DNA from: an uncultured delta proteobacterium
GTDB taxonomy: Bacteria > Myxococcota > Myxococcia > SLRQ01
Direction: 5' to 3'
NCBI GenBank assembly: GCA_963727485.1
Contig: CAVSGM010000003.1
Span: forward strand, 320,001-384,000
Length of the DNA stretch: 64,000 nucleotides
A program made the position numbers and the translations under genes. Within the stretch, counting starts at the first letter, position 1, and each line of letters begins with the position of its first letter. Below the pieces are notes generated by a model that saw nothing but the letters and a program-made list of their open reading frames with translations, did not search any database and was not told the origin of the DNA. Of the stretch, positions 22,910 to 33,182 are shown in pieces.

Positions 22910-25900
22910 GTGCCCCGCCTCCCACGTCGACTCCTGCCCGCGGCCCTCGCCGTCGCCGTCCTGCTGCCCGAGGCGGCCCAGGCCCAGATCTTCGTGTACC
23001 CGAGGCGGCCCAACAAGAGCCACGTCCGGTACTACGGCTTCGACTGGCAGCACATCGACATCCTGGTGGGGAAGGACGCGGACACCACCGGCGCCCAGAA
23101 GCTCAAGCGCCCCGGGCGCATGCCCCCGCCCCCGGGGACGCCCCAGCCGCCGGGCCAGAGCACCGCGCCGGCCCACGCGCGGGTGGGGATGGCCAAGTGG
23201 CAGGCGCCGCTGGTGCCGCCGTGGGGGCAGCCGGATCTGAGGGCGGACCAGGTGGCCGCCGGCGGTGACGCGAAGGCCGGGGACACGGAGAAGACCGGGG
23301 CGAAGAGCGACGCCAACGACGCCGGGACCACTGGGAAGACCGGGGCGCCGAGTGACACCGCGCCGGCTGCCGCCAAGCCCGCACCTCCCACCGTGACCCC
23401 GCCCCCGCCCCCGCCCACCGCCGACACCGGCGCCGCCAAGCCCGCTCCGCCCCCCGCCGTCACCCCGCCCAAGAAGCCTGGGACCCCGGCCACCGTCGAG
23501 CTCCCGGCCAAGCCGCCGGCCGCCGCCTCGCCCTGGCAGGGCAAGCTCGGCCCCAAGACCGGCGGGGTGCGCCTCTTCTTCTACAAGCGTGAGACCCGGA
23601 TCGCCGAGCGCGCCGCCGGCTTCATCACCCAGGCCTACCGCTACCTGGTCGGCAAGTTCCACTACGTCCCCACCAAGACCTTCCCCTACATCCTCTACAG
23701 CTCCTACACGGAGTTCCTGGAGACCAACCTCTTCCCGCTCCAGGAGGGGGTCCTCGGCGTCACCAGCCCCAAGACCCTGCAGCTCACGCTTCCCTACTTC
23801 GGCGACCACCGGATGTTCGAGCACGTGAGCACCCACGAGATGACCCACCAGTTCTTCATCCAGAAGATCCGGGACATCTCCAAGAAGGCCAAGCTCTGGG
23901 GCGACCCGATGCAGGCCATGCCCCTGTGGTTCACCGAGGGCATCGCCGAGTACTACAGCCAGCACGGGATCAACCCCGCCGCGGAGATGGAGGTCCGGGA
24001 CATCGTCGACAACCCGGACGTGCGCCACGGCTACGCCATGCTCGGCTTCTTCGACGACCGGCCGGGGAGCGTGCTCTGGACCTACCAGGTGGGCCAGGTG
24101 CGCTGCGCGTTTCTCGAGGACACCTACGGCAAGGGCACCCTCCAGAAGATCATCGACGACTCGCCCCTGCTCATCGGCAGCTACCAGAAGGGGAACAAGG
24201 TCGGCGGTTTCGCCGGGCTGCTCAAGCGGATCACCGGCGACGACAAGCGGGTCATCGCCGCCAAGTTCGACACCTGGATCAAGCACCGCAGCTACCGCAC
24301 CGCGCTGGCCTCCACCCAGGGCGCCGCCCAGCTCGAGCCCCTGAAGCACTGGGAGGGCCGGCTCACCGCGATGACCGCCTCCCCCGACGGCCACGTGATG
24401 CTCTACCGGACCTTCGACCTGACCACCGGCCAGAGCCGGCTGGTGCTCGTCGATCCCAGGGCCCCCAAGAGCACGGTGGGGGTGGTGGCCGACGGGATGC
24501 CCGGGACCGAGACCCTCCACCCGGTGGACGACCGGAACTTCGCCCTCTCCGATCACGCCCTGGTCTACGTCGCCCAGTCCCAGGGCGCCGACGTCCTCTT
24601 CTGGCAGACCTACAAGCACACCGCCAAGAAGCCCAAGCACCCCAAGCGTCGCCGGGACAGCCGCTTCGACTCCGACGAGGACGAGGGACCCCGCTGGGAC
24701 GTGAGCCTCTCGCTCGGCCATAGGAGCGCCTACCACCTCGCCGACAAGGGCATCATCGCCATCCAGTCGCCGTCGCTGTCGCCGGACGGCCGGCGGGTGG
24801 CCTTCGTGGGGCTCTCCCGGCAGGGGCAGAAGGACCTCTACCTGCTCCAGCCGCTGGGCGACGGGTACCGGCTCACCCGGCTCACCCACGACGCCTGGGG
24901 CGAGCGGGCCCTGTGGTGGGGACCGAACGGCATCGTCTTCACCTCCGACGCCACCCACAAGGAGCGCTACAACCTCTTCCGCCTCGACCCCGACCACCCG
25001 CAGGACGTCACCCGGGTGACCACCGAGGACCGCGACGAGCAGAGCCCGATGGTCACCCCCGACGGGCGGATCTTCTTCGTCGCCTACGACCACGCCCGGG
25101 CCGACGTCTACGAGGTCAAGGGCGACGAGATCGTCCGGCGCACCGACGTGGACACCGGCGTCTTCGACCTGGCTCCGGGCCCCGACGGGGGGCTGTGGTC
25201 CCTGTGGTACCACTCGGGCCAGCGCCGGCCGACCCTGGTCAAGGCCAAGGAGCTCCTCGCCCTCGACCAGGCGAAGATGGGCGAGCCGGGCACGCCCTTC
25301 AAGCTCCCGGACATCAAGCTCGGGGGGGCCACCGCCTACAACCCCCTGCGCCCCAAGAACTGGGATCTGGGCAACCTCTTCGGCTTCTTCGGCGCCGGCG
25401 CCGGCGGCATCTTCGGCCAGGTGGTGGCCAGCGCCGCCGACCAGATGCGCAACCAGGGGCTCATCCTCAACGTCTTCGTCTACGGCTCCCTGGATCTCAC
25501 CGACGGCTACCTCTTCTACATCAACCAGCAGCACCGCCTGACCTGGGGCGGCGGGCCCTTCCAGAGCCTCGACTTCCGGGTGGACCAGACCTTCCCCAAG
25601 CTCCCGGTGCTCTTCACCAGCGGCGAGCGCTTCTACGGCCTCCTGGGGAGCCTGCGCTACCCCTTCAACACCTTCGAGTACCTCCAGGGCGATCTCTCCC
25701 TCGGCGGGGTGAACTACTTCCTCAACCCCGACGCCCGGCTCTTCCTCGCCTCCGGGGTCCAGAACGGCACCGGCCGAAACCTCGTCACCGCCTGGGACCA
25801 GCTCAACGGCGGGGCGCGGTTCCAGGCCGAGGGCACCCTGCGCCTGGGCTACGACACCATCCGCTACAACCCCCGCACCGGGCCCATCGCCGGGAGCTCG

Positions 25901-26443
25901 GCGATGCTCGAGGTCACCGCCGACGCCCAGCCCTTCAACGGGCACCTCTTCGGCAACCTCCGCCTCGACGCCGAGCACTACCTCCCGCTCTTCGGCGAGA
26001 CCAACGTCTTCATCCGGGGCGGGGCGGGGACCGGCTTCGGCGGACGCCTGGCGCGGCAGTTCTACCTCTCGAGCTTCGACACCATCCGCGGGGTGCCCTT
26101 CGGGGACAGCCGGTGGCTCCTGGGGAAGAACTTCTTCTTCGCCACCGCCGAGCTCCAGATCCCCATGGACCAGATCATCCAGTTCATCCTCTTCAGCAAC
26201 ATCGAGGCGATCGTGGGGGTCGACTTCGGGGGGGTCAGCGACCAGCTCGACCAGCTGTGGAACAAGCGGGTCCTGGACTTCGTTCTCGGAGTGAACTTCG
26301 GCTTCGGGCCGCTGGTGTTCCGCCTCCACTTCGCCAAGCCCGTCGACACCGGGGCCAAACCGGTGGTCGCCGGCCAGTCCCTGGGGCTGCCCAACAACGG
26401 CAACTGGGTGACCAACTTCTCGCTGGGGTATCTCTACTACTGA
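22910..26443 (+). CDS. Outer-membrane protein: zincin (peptidase MA-like) domain + TolB/PD40 beta-propeller + Omp85/BamA-type barrel
   Basis: Signal peptide; HEMTH with PLWFTEGIAEY; SPDG repeats; barrel motifs IRGVPFG, FFATAELQIP, GVNFGFGPLVFRLHFA; aromatic C-terminus. Confidence 0.8.
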   Translation: MPRLPRRLLPAALAVAVLLPEAAQAQIFVYPRRPNKSHVRYYGFDWQHIDILVGKDADTTGAQKLKRPGRMPPPPGTPQPPGQSTAPAHARVGMAKWQAPLVPPWGQPDLRADQVAAGGDAKAGDTEKTGAKSDANDAGTTGKTGAPSDTAPAAAKPAPPTVTPPPPPPTADTGAAKPAPPPAVTPPKKPGTPATVELPAKPPAAASPWQGKLGPKTGGVRLFFYKRETRIAERAAGFITQAYRYLVGKFHYVPTKTFPYILYSSYTEFLETNLFPLQEGVLGVTSPKTLQLTLPYFGDHRMFEHVSTHEMTHQFFIQKIRDISKKAKLWGDPMQAMPLWFTEGIAEYYSQHGINPAAEMEVRDIVDNPDVRHGYAMLGFFDDRPGSVLWTYQVGQVRCAFLEDTYGKGTLQKIIDDSPLLIGSYQKGNKVGGFAGLLKRITGDDKRVIAAKFDTWIKHRSYRTALASTQGAAQLEPLKHWEGRLTAMTASPDGHVMLYRTFDLTTGQSRLVLVDPRAPKSTVGVVADGMPGTETLHPVDDRNFALSDHALVYVAQSQGADVLFWQTYKHTAKKPKHPKRRRDSRFDSDEDEGPRWDVSLSLGHRSAYHLADKGIIAIQSPSLSPDGRRVAFVGLSRQGQKDLYLLQPLGDGYRLTRLTHDAWGERALWWGPNGIVFTSDATHKERYNLFRLDPDHPQDVTRVTTEDRDEQSPMVTPDGRIFFVAYDHARADVYEVKGDEIVRRTDVDTGVFDLAPGPDGGLWSLWYHSGQRRPTLVKAKELLALDQAKMGEPGTPFKLPDIKLGGATAYNPLRPKNWDLGNLFGFFGAGAGGIFGQVVASAADQMRNQGLILNVFVYGSLDLTDGYLFYINQQHRLTWGGGPFQSLDFRVDQTFPKLPVLFTSGERFYGLLGSLRYPFNTFEYLQGDLSLGGVNYFLNPDARLFLASGVQNGTGRNLVTAWDQLNGGARFQAEGTLRLGYDTIRYNPRTGPIAGSSAMLEVTADAQPFNGHLFGNLRLDAEHYLPLFGETNVFIRGGAGTGFGGRLARQFYLSSFDTIRGVPFGDSRWLLGKNFFFATAELQIPMDQIIQFILFSNIEAIVGVDFGGVSDQLDQLWNKRVLDFVLGVNFGFGPLVFRLHFAKPVDTGAKPVVAGQSLGLPNNGNWVTNFSLGYLYY

Positions 26444-27804
26444 TGGCGAAGTACGACGACGAGAAGGGCCCGAAGCACCAGAGCTCCGGGCGGGTCTCCC
26501 GGATGTTCAAGCTGGGCTCGCTGACCACCACCGTGGGGGCGTCCATGGTGGGCGACCGCCTCCTGGGCAAGGTCCTGCCCCAGGCGGGGCGCGAGGCGCG
26601 GACCCGCAAGGCCCTGGAGAAGAACGCCGCCCGGATCGTCAAGACCATGGGCGAGATGAAGGGCGCGGCGATGAAGCTGGGGCAGATGCTCTCCAGCGGC
26701 CCCATCGACGCCAGCCACATCCCCGACGAGGTCAAGGACGCCCTCGCGGTGCTCCAACGCGAGGCGCCGCCCATGCCCTGGGAGATGGTCGCCCGCCAGG
26801 TCGAGGACGCCTTCGACCAGCCGATCCACGAGGTCTTCAAGTACTTCGAGCCCGAGCCGCTCGCCGCGGCGAGCATCGGCCAGGTCCACAAGGCGGTGAC
26901 CTTCGACGACCAGGTCGTCGCCGTGAAGATCCAGTACCCCGGGGTCAACGCCACCCTCGACTCGGACCTGAAGAACCTGGGCACCCTGATGAACCTGGGC
27001 CGCGGGGTCGCCGACAAGCAGGTCCTCGACGACTACCTCGCCGAGATCCGCGACGCCATCCTCGCCGAGAGCGACTACGTCGCCGAGGCCGAGAACCTCG
27101 AGCGCTTCGGCCGGATCTTCGCGGCGCGCGACGACGTGGTCATCCCCCAGCCGGTGAACGCCCTCACCCGGCCCACGGTGCTCACCATGAGCTACATCGA
27201 GGGGGAGAAGCTCGACACCTGGCTCCTGGCCCAGCCCGAGGACGTGCGCTCGGAGCTCACCGTGCGCTTCGTCCGGCTCTTCGCCTGGATGTTCCACGAG
27301 CAGCAGCTGCTCCACGCCGACCCCCACCCGGGCAACTTCCTCATCGACGGTGAGGGCCGCTTCGTCCTCCTCGACTTCGGCTGCGTGCGCACCTTCTCCC
27401 CGGCGTTCACCGACGCCTTCCTGGAGATCCTGGTCGCCCTCTGGGAGGACCGCCCCGACCGGCTCCCGGCCCTCTTCGAGGACATGGGCTCCGGCGGTGG
27501 CAAGCCGGTGACCATCGACGCCGAGGTCCTCGAGGGGTGGCTGCGCCTGGTGCTGGCACCGTTCTTGGTCGACGGCGAGTTCGACTTCGGGACCTGGCAG
27601 CCCCAAGCCGAGATCCACCGGTACTTCCGCAGCCACCTCTCCCTGATGAAGCTCACCCCGCCGAAGGAGGCCCTGTTCTACTTCCGGGTCTGCGGCGGGG
27701 CCTGGGGGCTGCTCCAGCGGATGGGCGTGGTCTCCGACTTCCGGGCGTACGCCGAGGAGACGGCGTTGCGCCGGGGGATCCTCAAGGCCCGGGCCGCCGG
27801 CTGA
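26443..27804 (+). CDS. ABC1/AarF/UbiB-family atypical kinase
   Basis: MKLGQ, AAASIGQVH, VAVKIQYPG, HADPHPGN, LLDFG; TGATG overlap with upstream gene. Confidence 0.93.
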   Translation: MAKYDDEKGPKHQSSGRVSRMFKLGSLTTTVGASMVGDRLLGKVLPQAGREARTRKALEKNAARIVKTMGEMKGAAMKLGQMLSSGPIDASHIPDEVKDALAVLQREAPPMPWEMVARQVEDAFDQPIHEVFKYFEPEPLAAASIGQVHKAVTFDDQVVAVKIQYPGVNATLDSDLKNLGTLMNLGRGVADKQVLDDYLAEIRDAILAESDYVAEAENLERFGRIFAARDDVVIPQPVNALTRPTVLTMSYIEGEKLDTWLLAQPEDVRSELTVRFVRLFAWMFHEQQLLHADPHPGNFLIDGEGRFVLLDFGCVRTFSPAFTDAFLEILVALWEDRPDRLPALFEDMGSGGGKPVTIDAEVLEGWLRLVLAPFLVDGEFDFGTWQPQAEIHRYFRSHLSLMKLTPPKEALFYFRVCGGAWGLLQRMGVVSDFRAYAEETALRRGILKARAAG

Positions 27805-27829
27805 TCGCCCGCCGCGGCGCCCGGCGCCT

Positions 27830-28834
27830 TCAGAACCTGAGCGCCAGCGAGAGGCCGTAGCGGCCCCCGGCCGGATCGATGGTGGGCATCACGAAGAAGC
27901 CCCCGGGGGGCGCCGGCCGCTCGCCGTTGGGGGCGAAGCGCCCGGCCCGGTGGTGCACCACCCATCGCCCCACGAAGAAGCCCATCGACGCACCCCAGAC
28001 GATGTCCGAGAGGAAGTGGTAGTCGTCGATGAGCAGGGTGGCGCAGAAGATCACCCCGAAGGTGTGGAGGGCGATGGCGAGCGCCGGGCTGTCGAAGTAG
28101 GTGGTGAGCGCCCCGATCATGGCGTAGAGCGAGGCCGCATGCCCCGACGGCGTCCCCGCGGGGAAGAGGCGCCAGCCCCAGGCCGGGCCCTTGATCAGGG
28201 CTCGGCCGTCGCCGTTCTCGGGCCCCTCCCGGCCGATGAGCAGCTTGGGGACCACCTGGTAGATCTCGGCGACCGAGAAGGCCTCCAGGGTCAGGGAGAA
28301 GGCCTCCATCAGCGGGGGCTTCCCCCCCAGCCAGCCGTCCAGGTACACCCCGGCCATGGCCGCGTAGATCGTGGTCCAGATCAGGGCGTCCCCGAGGGGC
28401 GTCCACACCAGGCGCCGGCCCTGCATCACCCGGTTCACCGCGTCCTGGAGCGCCACGTCCGGCGGCCCCGGCGGGAGCATCAGCAGGCCGGTCACCGAGG
28501 CGAAGGCCGCGAAGGTCCCCACGTCGGTCCCGTCCCACTCGGGGATGTCCGCGGGGATCTCGTAGAGGTCGTGGAGGAAGCGGACCAGGACGTTGGCCCG
28601 GGGCCAGCGGTAGGCCGCGTCGGGATCCACCGGCAGGCCAGCGCCGGCCCCCGGCAGCCAGTGGGGCCGCGCGGCCTTCGCTGGGACCGGCGCGAACGGC
28701 GACGTCGGGGGCGTGAGCCGCAGGTCGACGCCGCCCGACCGGGCTCCGTTCGCCGTCTCCGACGCCGCCGCCTCCGAGGGCCTGATGACGCTTAGAGGCA
28801 GGAAAATCAAGGGTAGGAGGACCCTCCAGGGCAT
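27830..28834 (-). CDS. PAP2-family phosphatase with signal peptide
   Basis: KLLIGREGP, PSGH, HFLSD motifs. Confidence 0.82.
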   Translation of the reverse strand: MPWRVLLPLIFLPLSVIRPSEAAASETANGARSGGVDLRLTPPTSPFAPVPAKAARPHWLPGAGAGLPVDPDAAYRWPRANVLVRFLHDLYEIPADIPEWDGTDVGTFAAFASVTGLLMLPPGPPDVALQDAVNRVMQGRRLVWTPLGDALIWTTIYAAMAGVYLDGWLGGKPPLMEAFSLTLEAFSVAEIYQVVPKLLIGREGPENGDGRALIKGPAWGWRLFPAGTPSGHAASLYAMIGALTTYFDSPALAIALHTFGVIFCATLLIDDYHFLSDIVWGASMGFFVGRWVVHHRAGRFAPNGERPAPPGGFFVMPTIDPAGGRYGLSLALRF

Positions 28835-28879
28835 TTCCCCTCCAGCATAAGCACCGTCGTCGCGTGTTACAGTGGCAAC

Positions 28880-29710
28880 GTGACGTACACCATGTGGTCC
28901 CTCATCGCCGGCGCGGCAGTCCTCCTCGGGACGGCTGCCTGCGCCACCCCCAGCAAGGTCTTCCTCACCCCCCCGCTGGTGGCCTGCGACACCGCGGCCC
29001 CCGGCGCCGACCAGCCCTCGGTCCGGGTGGTGAGCTACAACATCCGCTCCGGTCTCTCCTCGTCGATCAACGACATCGGCGACGTGCTCCAGTCCCTCGA
29101 CGCCGACGTGGTCGCCCTCCAGGAGGTCGACGTCGGGGTCAAGCGAAGTGGCCGGGTCAACCAGGCCAAGGCCCTCGCCGACCGCCTGGGCTACGAGTAC
29201 GTGTTCGCGGCGACCATCAAGCGCGGCGGCGGCGACTACGGCATCGCGCTGCTCTCGCGTCTGCCGTTCGCCCGGGTCGACCGCATCGACCTGAAGGCCG
29301 GCGGCGCCTTCGAGCCGAGGGTGGCCATCGACGCCGACCTCTGCGTCGACGGCAAGCGCCTCCGGGTCATCGCCACCCACGCCGACGTCTTCCCCTGGTC
29401 GGCCACCGCCAACGCCCGGGCCCTGGCCCGGCACATCGGCGCCACCCGGGGCAAGTGGGTCCTGGTCGCCGGCGACTTCAACGCCACCCCCGCCGCCGAC
29501 GCCCCGCGCTCCATCGAGTCCCGGGGCCTCTTCGACCTGGTGGGCCGTCTCGCCGAGGGACCGACCTTCCTCGGCGGCGGCTCGCCCCGGCGCATCGACT
29601 ACATCTTCGTCGACCATGACCTCCTCGCCGGCGCCTCCGACGCCGGGCGCCTCGACGCCACCGGCATCAGCGACCACATCCCGGTCTTCGCAGATCTGAA
29701 GCTGCGCTGA
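28880..29710 (+). CDS. Endonuclease/exonuclease/phosphatase (EEP) family lipoprotein
   Basis: SYNI, ALQEVD, GDFN, IDYIF, SDHIP; lipobox-like AAC. Confidence 0.9.
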   Translation: MTYTMWSLIAGAAVLLGTAACATPSKVFLTPPLVACDTAAPGADQPSVRVVSYNIRSGLSSSINDIGDVLQSLDADVVALQEVDVGVKRSGRVNQAKALADRLGYEYVFAATIKRGGGDYGIALLSRLPFARVDRIDLKAGGAFEPRVAIDADLCVDGKRLRVIATHADVFPWSATANARALARHIGATRGKWVLVAGDFNATPAADAPRSIESRGLFDLVGRLAEGPTFLGGGSPRRIDYIFVDHDLLAGASDAGRLDATGISDHIPVFADLKLR

Positions 29711-29776
29711 CGCCCCGGCCCCGTCGCCTTGCCCCTGGGCCGCCGGTGTACACGCTGGCGGTGGGGGATCTGGGGC

Positions 29777-31666
29777 ATGCGACGGTGGCTCATCGCGGCG
29801 GTCGCCTTGGTGGCGCTGGTCCCGGCGACCGCCCGGGCCGGGGAGGACGGCTGGCGTGGCCTGGAGCTGCGACTGGTGCCGCCTCCGGGCCTCTCGCCGC
29901 TCGCCCGGTGCGCCGAGCTGGCGCCGGTCCTGGCCCGCCTCGACCATGGGCGCACCGACTGCGTGGAGTGGGGCCCCGAGCGCCGGGTGGACCTCACCGG
30001 GTCACGGCCCCTGCGCCTGACCGTGAGCGCCCCGTCCGCCGAGGACCTGGATCGCTCCCTGGTCGACACCGTCGACGGGCTCCTCGCCGGCCGCCTGGGG
30101 CTGACGGGCCCCGAGGCGCGTGACGCCGGCCGGGTCCTCTTCGCCGCCGGCCTCCCCGAGGACGGCCGCTTCGCCCTCGCCCCCACCGGTGCCTTCCGGG
30201 ACCGGCTCACCGGCCGGACCCTCCCCTTCGACGACGCCTTCGCCCTCTTCCGCCTGGGCGTCCCCGACGCCCCCTCCCCCGGCCGCGCCGCCGTGGAGCT
30301 GGTGGTGGGGCTCGGGGCGGGGACGGTCTGGTACTGGACCGCCACCAGCGTCAACGCCCCGGACTGGCAGTACACCAGCTTCGGCGACAGCCTCTACAAG
30401 AAGCTGGTGACCTTCGAGGCCTGGCGCTTCGACGACAACCCCGTCCACCTCAACAGCCCGGGCCACGCCCTCTCCGGCGCGGTCTACTACCTCCTGGGCC
30501 GGTCCAACGGCCTGGGCCCCGGGGTCTCCTTCGGCGCCGCCGCGCTGGAGTCGACGCTGTGGGAGCTGCTCACCGAGTACCGGGAGATCTTCGGGATCAA
30601 CGACGTGATCCTCGGCGCCTTCGGGGGCGTGGCCATCGGCGAGCCCATGTACCAGCTCGGGCGCTTCTTTTCCGGGGCCTCCGGCAGCGGCTGGTGGCAG
30701 GCCTTCGCCGACTTCTTCGGCTTCCCCGACGCCCTCCACCGCTGGGCCACCGGGGTCCCGGCGCTTCGCGATCCCCTCGAGGACCGCTTCGGCCTCCCCG
30801 GGAGCGTGCCCCACCGGATCGAGTTCGCCCTCGGGGGGCTGGCCACCGAGCGCACCGCCGCCGACCCCTGGCGCGGGGACCTGGAGGCACGCTTCGACGC
30901 CGAGCTCTTCCTCCTCCCCGAGCACCTGCGCCCGGTGAGCGTCTCCCGCCTGGTCCTCTCGCCGCCCCGGGTGGGCCTCGACGTCGACCTCGCCTACGGG
31001 CCCACCGGCGTTCTCGACGTCCGCTTCCGGGCCAACACCGTCCTCGCCGCCTGGCACGAGCAGGTGATCACCGACACCGCCCGGGGGCCGTCGGGCCACG
31101 CGCTGCTCCTGGGCCTCGCCAGCGACTTCCGCCACGAGGAGCACCCCGTGCCCGGGCTCACCGACTACATGGGCGTCGCCGGCCTCCTGGGCCCGGTGGT
31201 GGACCTCTTCGTGGTCGACGGACCCTGGAAGCTCCGGGTCCAGGCCGAGGTCTACCCGGACTTCGCCCTGGTTCGCGCCCTGGCGCTCCCGGACTACGCC
31301 GCCGCCCACGGCCTCGCCGGGGCCAAGAGCACCCTGCGCAACCAGGGCTACTACGATGCCCGGGGCGTCACCGCCTTCGGTCGCTTCACCCTCGACTACG
31401 GGCCGGTGGGCGTCGGCGCCGAGGTCACCGCCGATCGCTTCGACTCCATCGAGGGCCTCGACCGGTTCCAGGCGGCGGTCACCGACGACTTCCACCTGGT
31501 GGATACCCGGGTGGCCGCAAGGGTCTTCGGCCGCTACCGGGTCCCGAGGTCGTCGATGGTGCTCACCCTGCGCTACGAGGCCCACCACCGCACCGGCGCC
31601 ATCCGCGAGGTCCGGGCGGTGGACGACGAGCGCGCCCTCAGCTTCCTGATGGGTTGGAGCCTGTGA
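29777..31666 (+). CDS. Secreted/outer-membrane protein, DUF3943-like domain plus C-terminal beta-strand-rich region
   Basis: Signal peptide; WRFDDN..N..GH..SGAVYY..GRSNG...STLWE...E...INDVI....GG.AIGE pattern. Confidence 0.7.
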   Translation: MRRWLIAAVALVALVPATARAGEDGWRGLELRLVPPPGLSPLARCAELAPVLARLDHGRTDCVEWGPERRVDLTGSRPLRLTVSAPSAEDLDRSLVDTVDGLLAGRLGLTGPEARDAGRVLFAAGLPEDGRFALAPTGAFRDRLTGRTLPFDDAFALFRLGVPDAPSPGRAAVELVVGLGAGTVWYWTATSVNAPDWQYTSFGDSLYKKLVTFEAWRFDDNPVHLNSPGHALSGAVYYLLGRSNGLGPGVSFGAAALESTLWELLTEYREIFGINDVILGAFGGVAIGEPMYQLGRFFSGASGSGWWQAFADFFGFPDALHRWATGVPALRDPLEDRFGLPGSVPHRIEFALGGLATERTAADPWRGDLEARFDAELFLLPEHLRPVSVSRLVLSPPRVGLDVDLAYGPTGVLDVRFRANTVLAAWHEQVITDTARGPSGHALLLGLASDFRHEEHPVPGLTDYMGVAGLLGPVVDLFVVDGPWKLRVQAEVYPDFALVRALALPDYAAAHGLAGAKSTLRNQGYYDARGVTAFGRFTLDYGPVGVGAEVTADRFDSIEGLDRFQAAVTDDFHLVDTRVAARVFGRYRVPRSSMVLTLRYEAHHRTGAIREVRAVDDERALSFLMGWSL

Positions 31667-33104
31667 GCTCGGTGAGGGCCCAGGCGCCGGCCGCCGCCGG
31701 GGTCAGGGCCCACTTGAGGGCCCGGAGCATCCACGCCGGCCAGGTGGGGGCCTTCTCGGGTGCCGGGGGCGCGGCGACGCCGGCGTCCTCGGCGAGGGCC
31801 CGGGCGCAGCTCATGGCGGCGCTGATCGCCCCCTCCATGCACGCCAGGTCGACGGGGTTGCGGATCCAGTCCCCGGCGAAGAAGAGGTTGTTGATCTTGT
31901 CGCTGCGGATCCCCGGCCGGTCGTCCCAGGCGCCCACGGTGTTGATGAACAGCGGGTCGTCGACGTTGGACTCGAGGTGCCAGTCGAGGATGTCGGCCTG
32001 GGCGATGGGCACGTACTGGCTGATCTCCTCGAAGAGCAGTTGCTTCGCCTCGTCCTCGGGGACGTCCTGGAGGGTGACGAAGTTGGAGGAGATGAACGAC
32101 AGGGTGGTCGTCGTCTGCCCCGGCCAGAGGTTCGTGACGTCGATGAACGAGAGCCCGTAGCGCCCGCCGTGGAGGAAGCAGTGCTCCCGGGGGAGGTCGT
32201 GGAGGGTCCGGTTGAGGGTGATGTGGAGGCTGGCCATGGGCGCCGCCTGGAGGTGCTCGATGCGCCCGAGGTCGGGGTCGAGGCGCTGGACGTCGGCGCC
32301 GAGGAGCTTGCGCGTCACCTCCAGGGGCGTGGTGAGCACGTAGTAGTCGGCGACGTGGTGCCGGCCGTCGGCGGTGGTGACCGAGCTGATCCGGCCGCCG
32401 CTGGTCTCGACCGACGCCACCTGGGTGTTGATCTCGATGGGCGTGCCCTGGCTCTCGACCAGGTGGGTGAACGGCTCGATGAACGACGTCTGCAGGTCGT
32501 TGGGGAGCACCGAGAGGAACGGGCTCGGCGCCTTCACCCAGTAGGCGGAGATGAGCTTGGCGGTCATCGCCGACATCTCGAAGGCGGGGATGGCGCTGGC
32601 CTTGAGGATGTTCTCGCGCTCGAGCTGGGCCACCCCCTCGGTGACGTACCAGCGGTCGCGCATCATCCCCACCCGCGACACGTGATCGAGGAAGGCCTTG
32701 CGGTGCAGCGGCACCCCGAGCATGTCGAGGACGAAGTACCAGTAGAGGAACTGCTCGGGCCAGGGCACCAGCCCGCCCTGGAGGCTCTTGAGGGCGCCCA
32801 GGAGGGTGTGGGGCACGGTGACGGTGATCGGGTGATCGATGTCGCCGGGCTTGAGGTAGTGCCAGCGATCGAAGTCGATGAGGGTCACCCCCAGCTCTTC
32901 GAGGATCGGCCGGGTGTTCACGTACCACGCCGGGAAGATGTGGTAGCCGTGCTCCCGCCGGTACCCGCGCACCTCGTCGGCGCCGGCCTTGCCGCCGGTG
33001 CGCGTGTCGGCCTCGAGGATCTTCACCTCGAAGCCCCGCGGCTTCAGCTGCTTCGCCACCGTGAGGCCCGCGAGCCCCCCACCCACCACCAGTACGCTTC
33101 TCAT
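31638..33104 (-). CDS. FAD-dependent oxidoreductase (amine oxidase / carotenoid-desaturase-like fold)
   Basis: VVGGGLAGL, TGGKAG..EHGYHIF, NLFFAGDW, CMEGA. Confidence 0.85.
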   Translation of the reverse strand: MRSVLVVGGGLAGLTVAKQLKPRGFEVKILEADTRTGGKAGADEVRGYRREHGYHIFPAWYVNTRPILEELGVTLIDFDRWHYLKPGDIDHPITVTVPHTLLGALKSLQGGLVPWPEQFLYWYFVLDMLGVPLHRKAFLDHVSRVGMMRDRWYVTEGVAQLERENILKASAIPAFEMSAMTAKLISAYWVKAPSPFLSVLPNDLQTSFIEPFTHLVESQGTPIEINTQVASVETSGGRISSVTTADGRHHVADYYVLTTPLEVTRKLLGADVQRLDPDLGRIEHLQAAPMASLHITLNRTLHDLPREHCFLHGGRYGLSFIDVTNLWPGQTTTTLSFISSNFVTLQDVPEDEAKQLLFEEISQYVPIAQADILDWHLESNVDDPLFINTVGAWDDRPGIRSDKINNLFFAGDWIRNPVDLACMEGAISAAMSCARALAEDAGVAAPPAPEKAPTWPAWMLRALKWALTPAAAGAWALTELTGSNPSGS

Positions 33105-33182
33105 CGGTCTCCTCCCGTGAGACACTCCCTAGACCATTTCATGGGGAAAACACCACCCCCATGTGTGGAAAACGGGTGTCAC

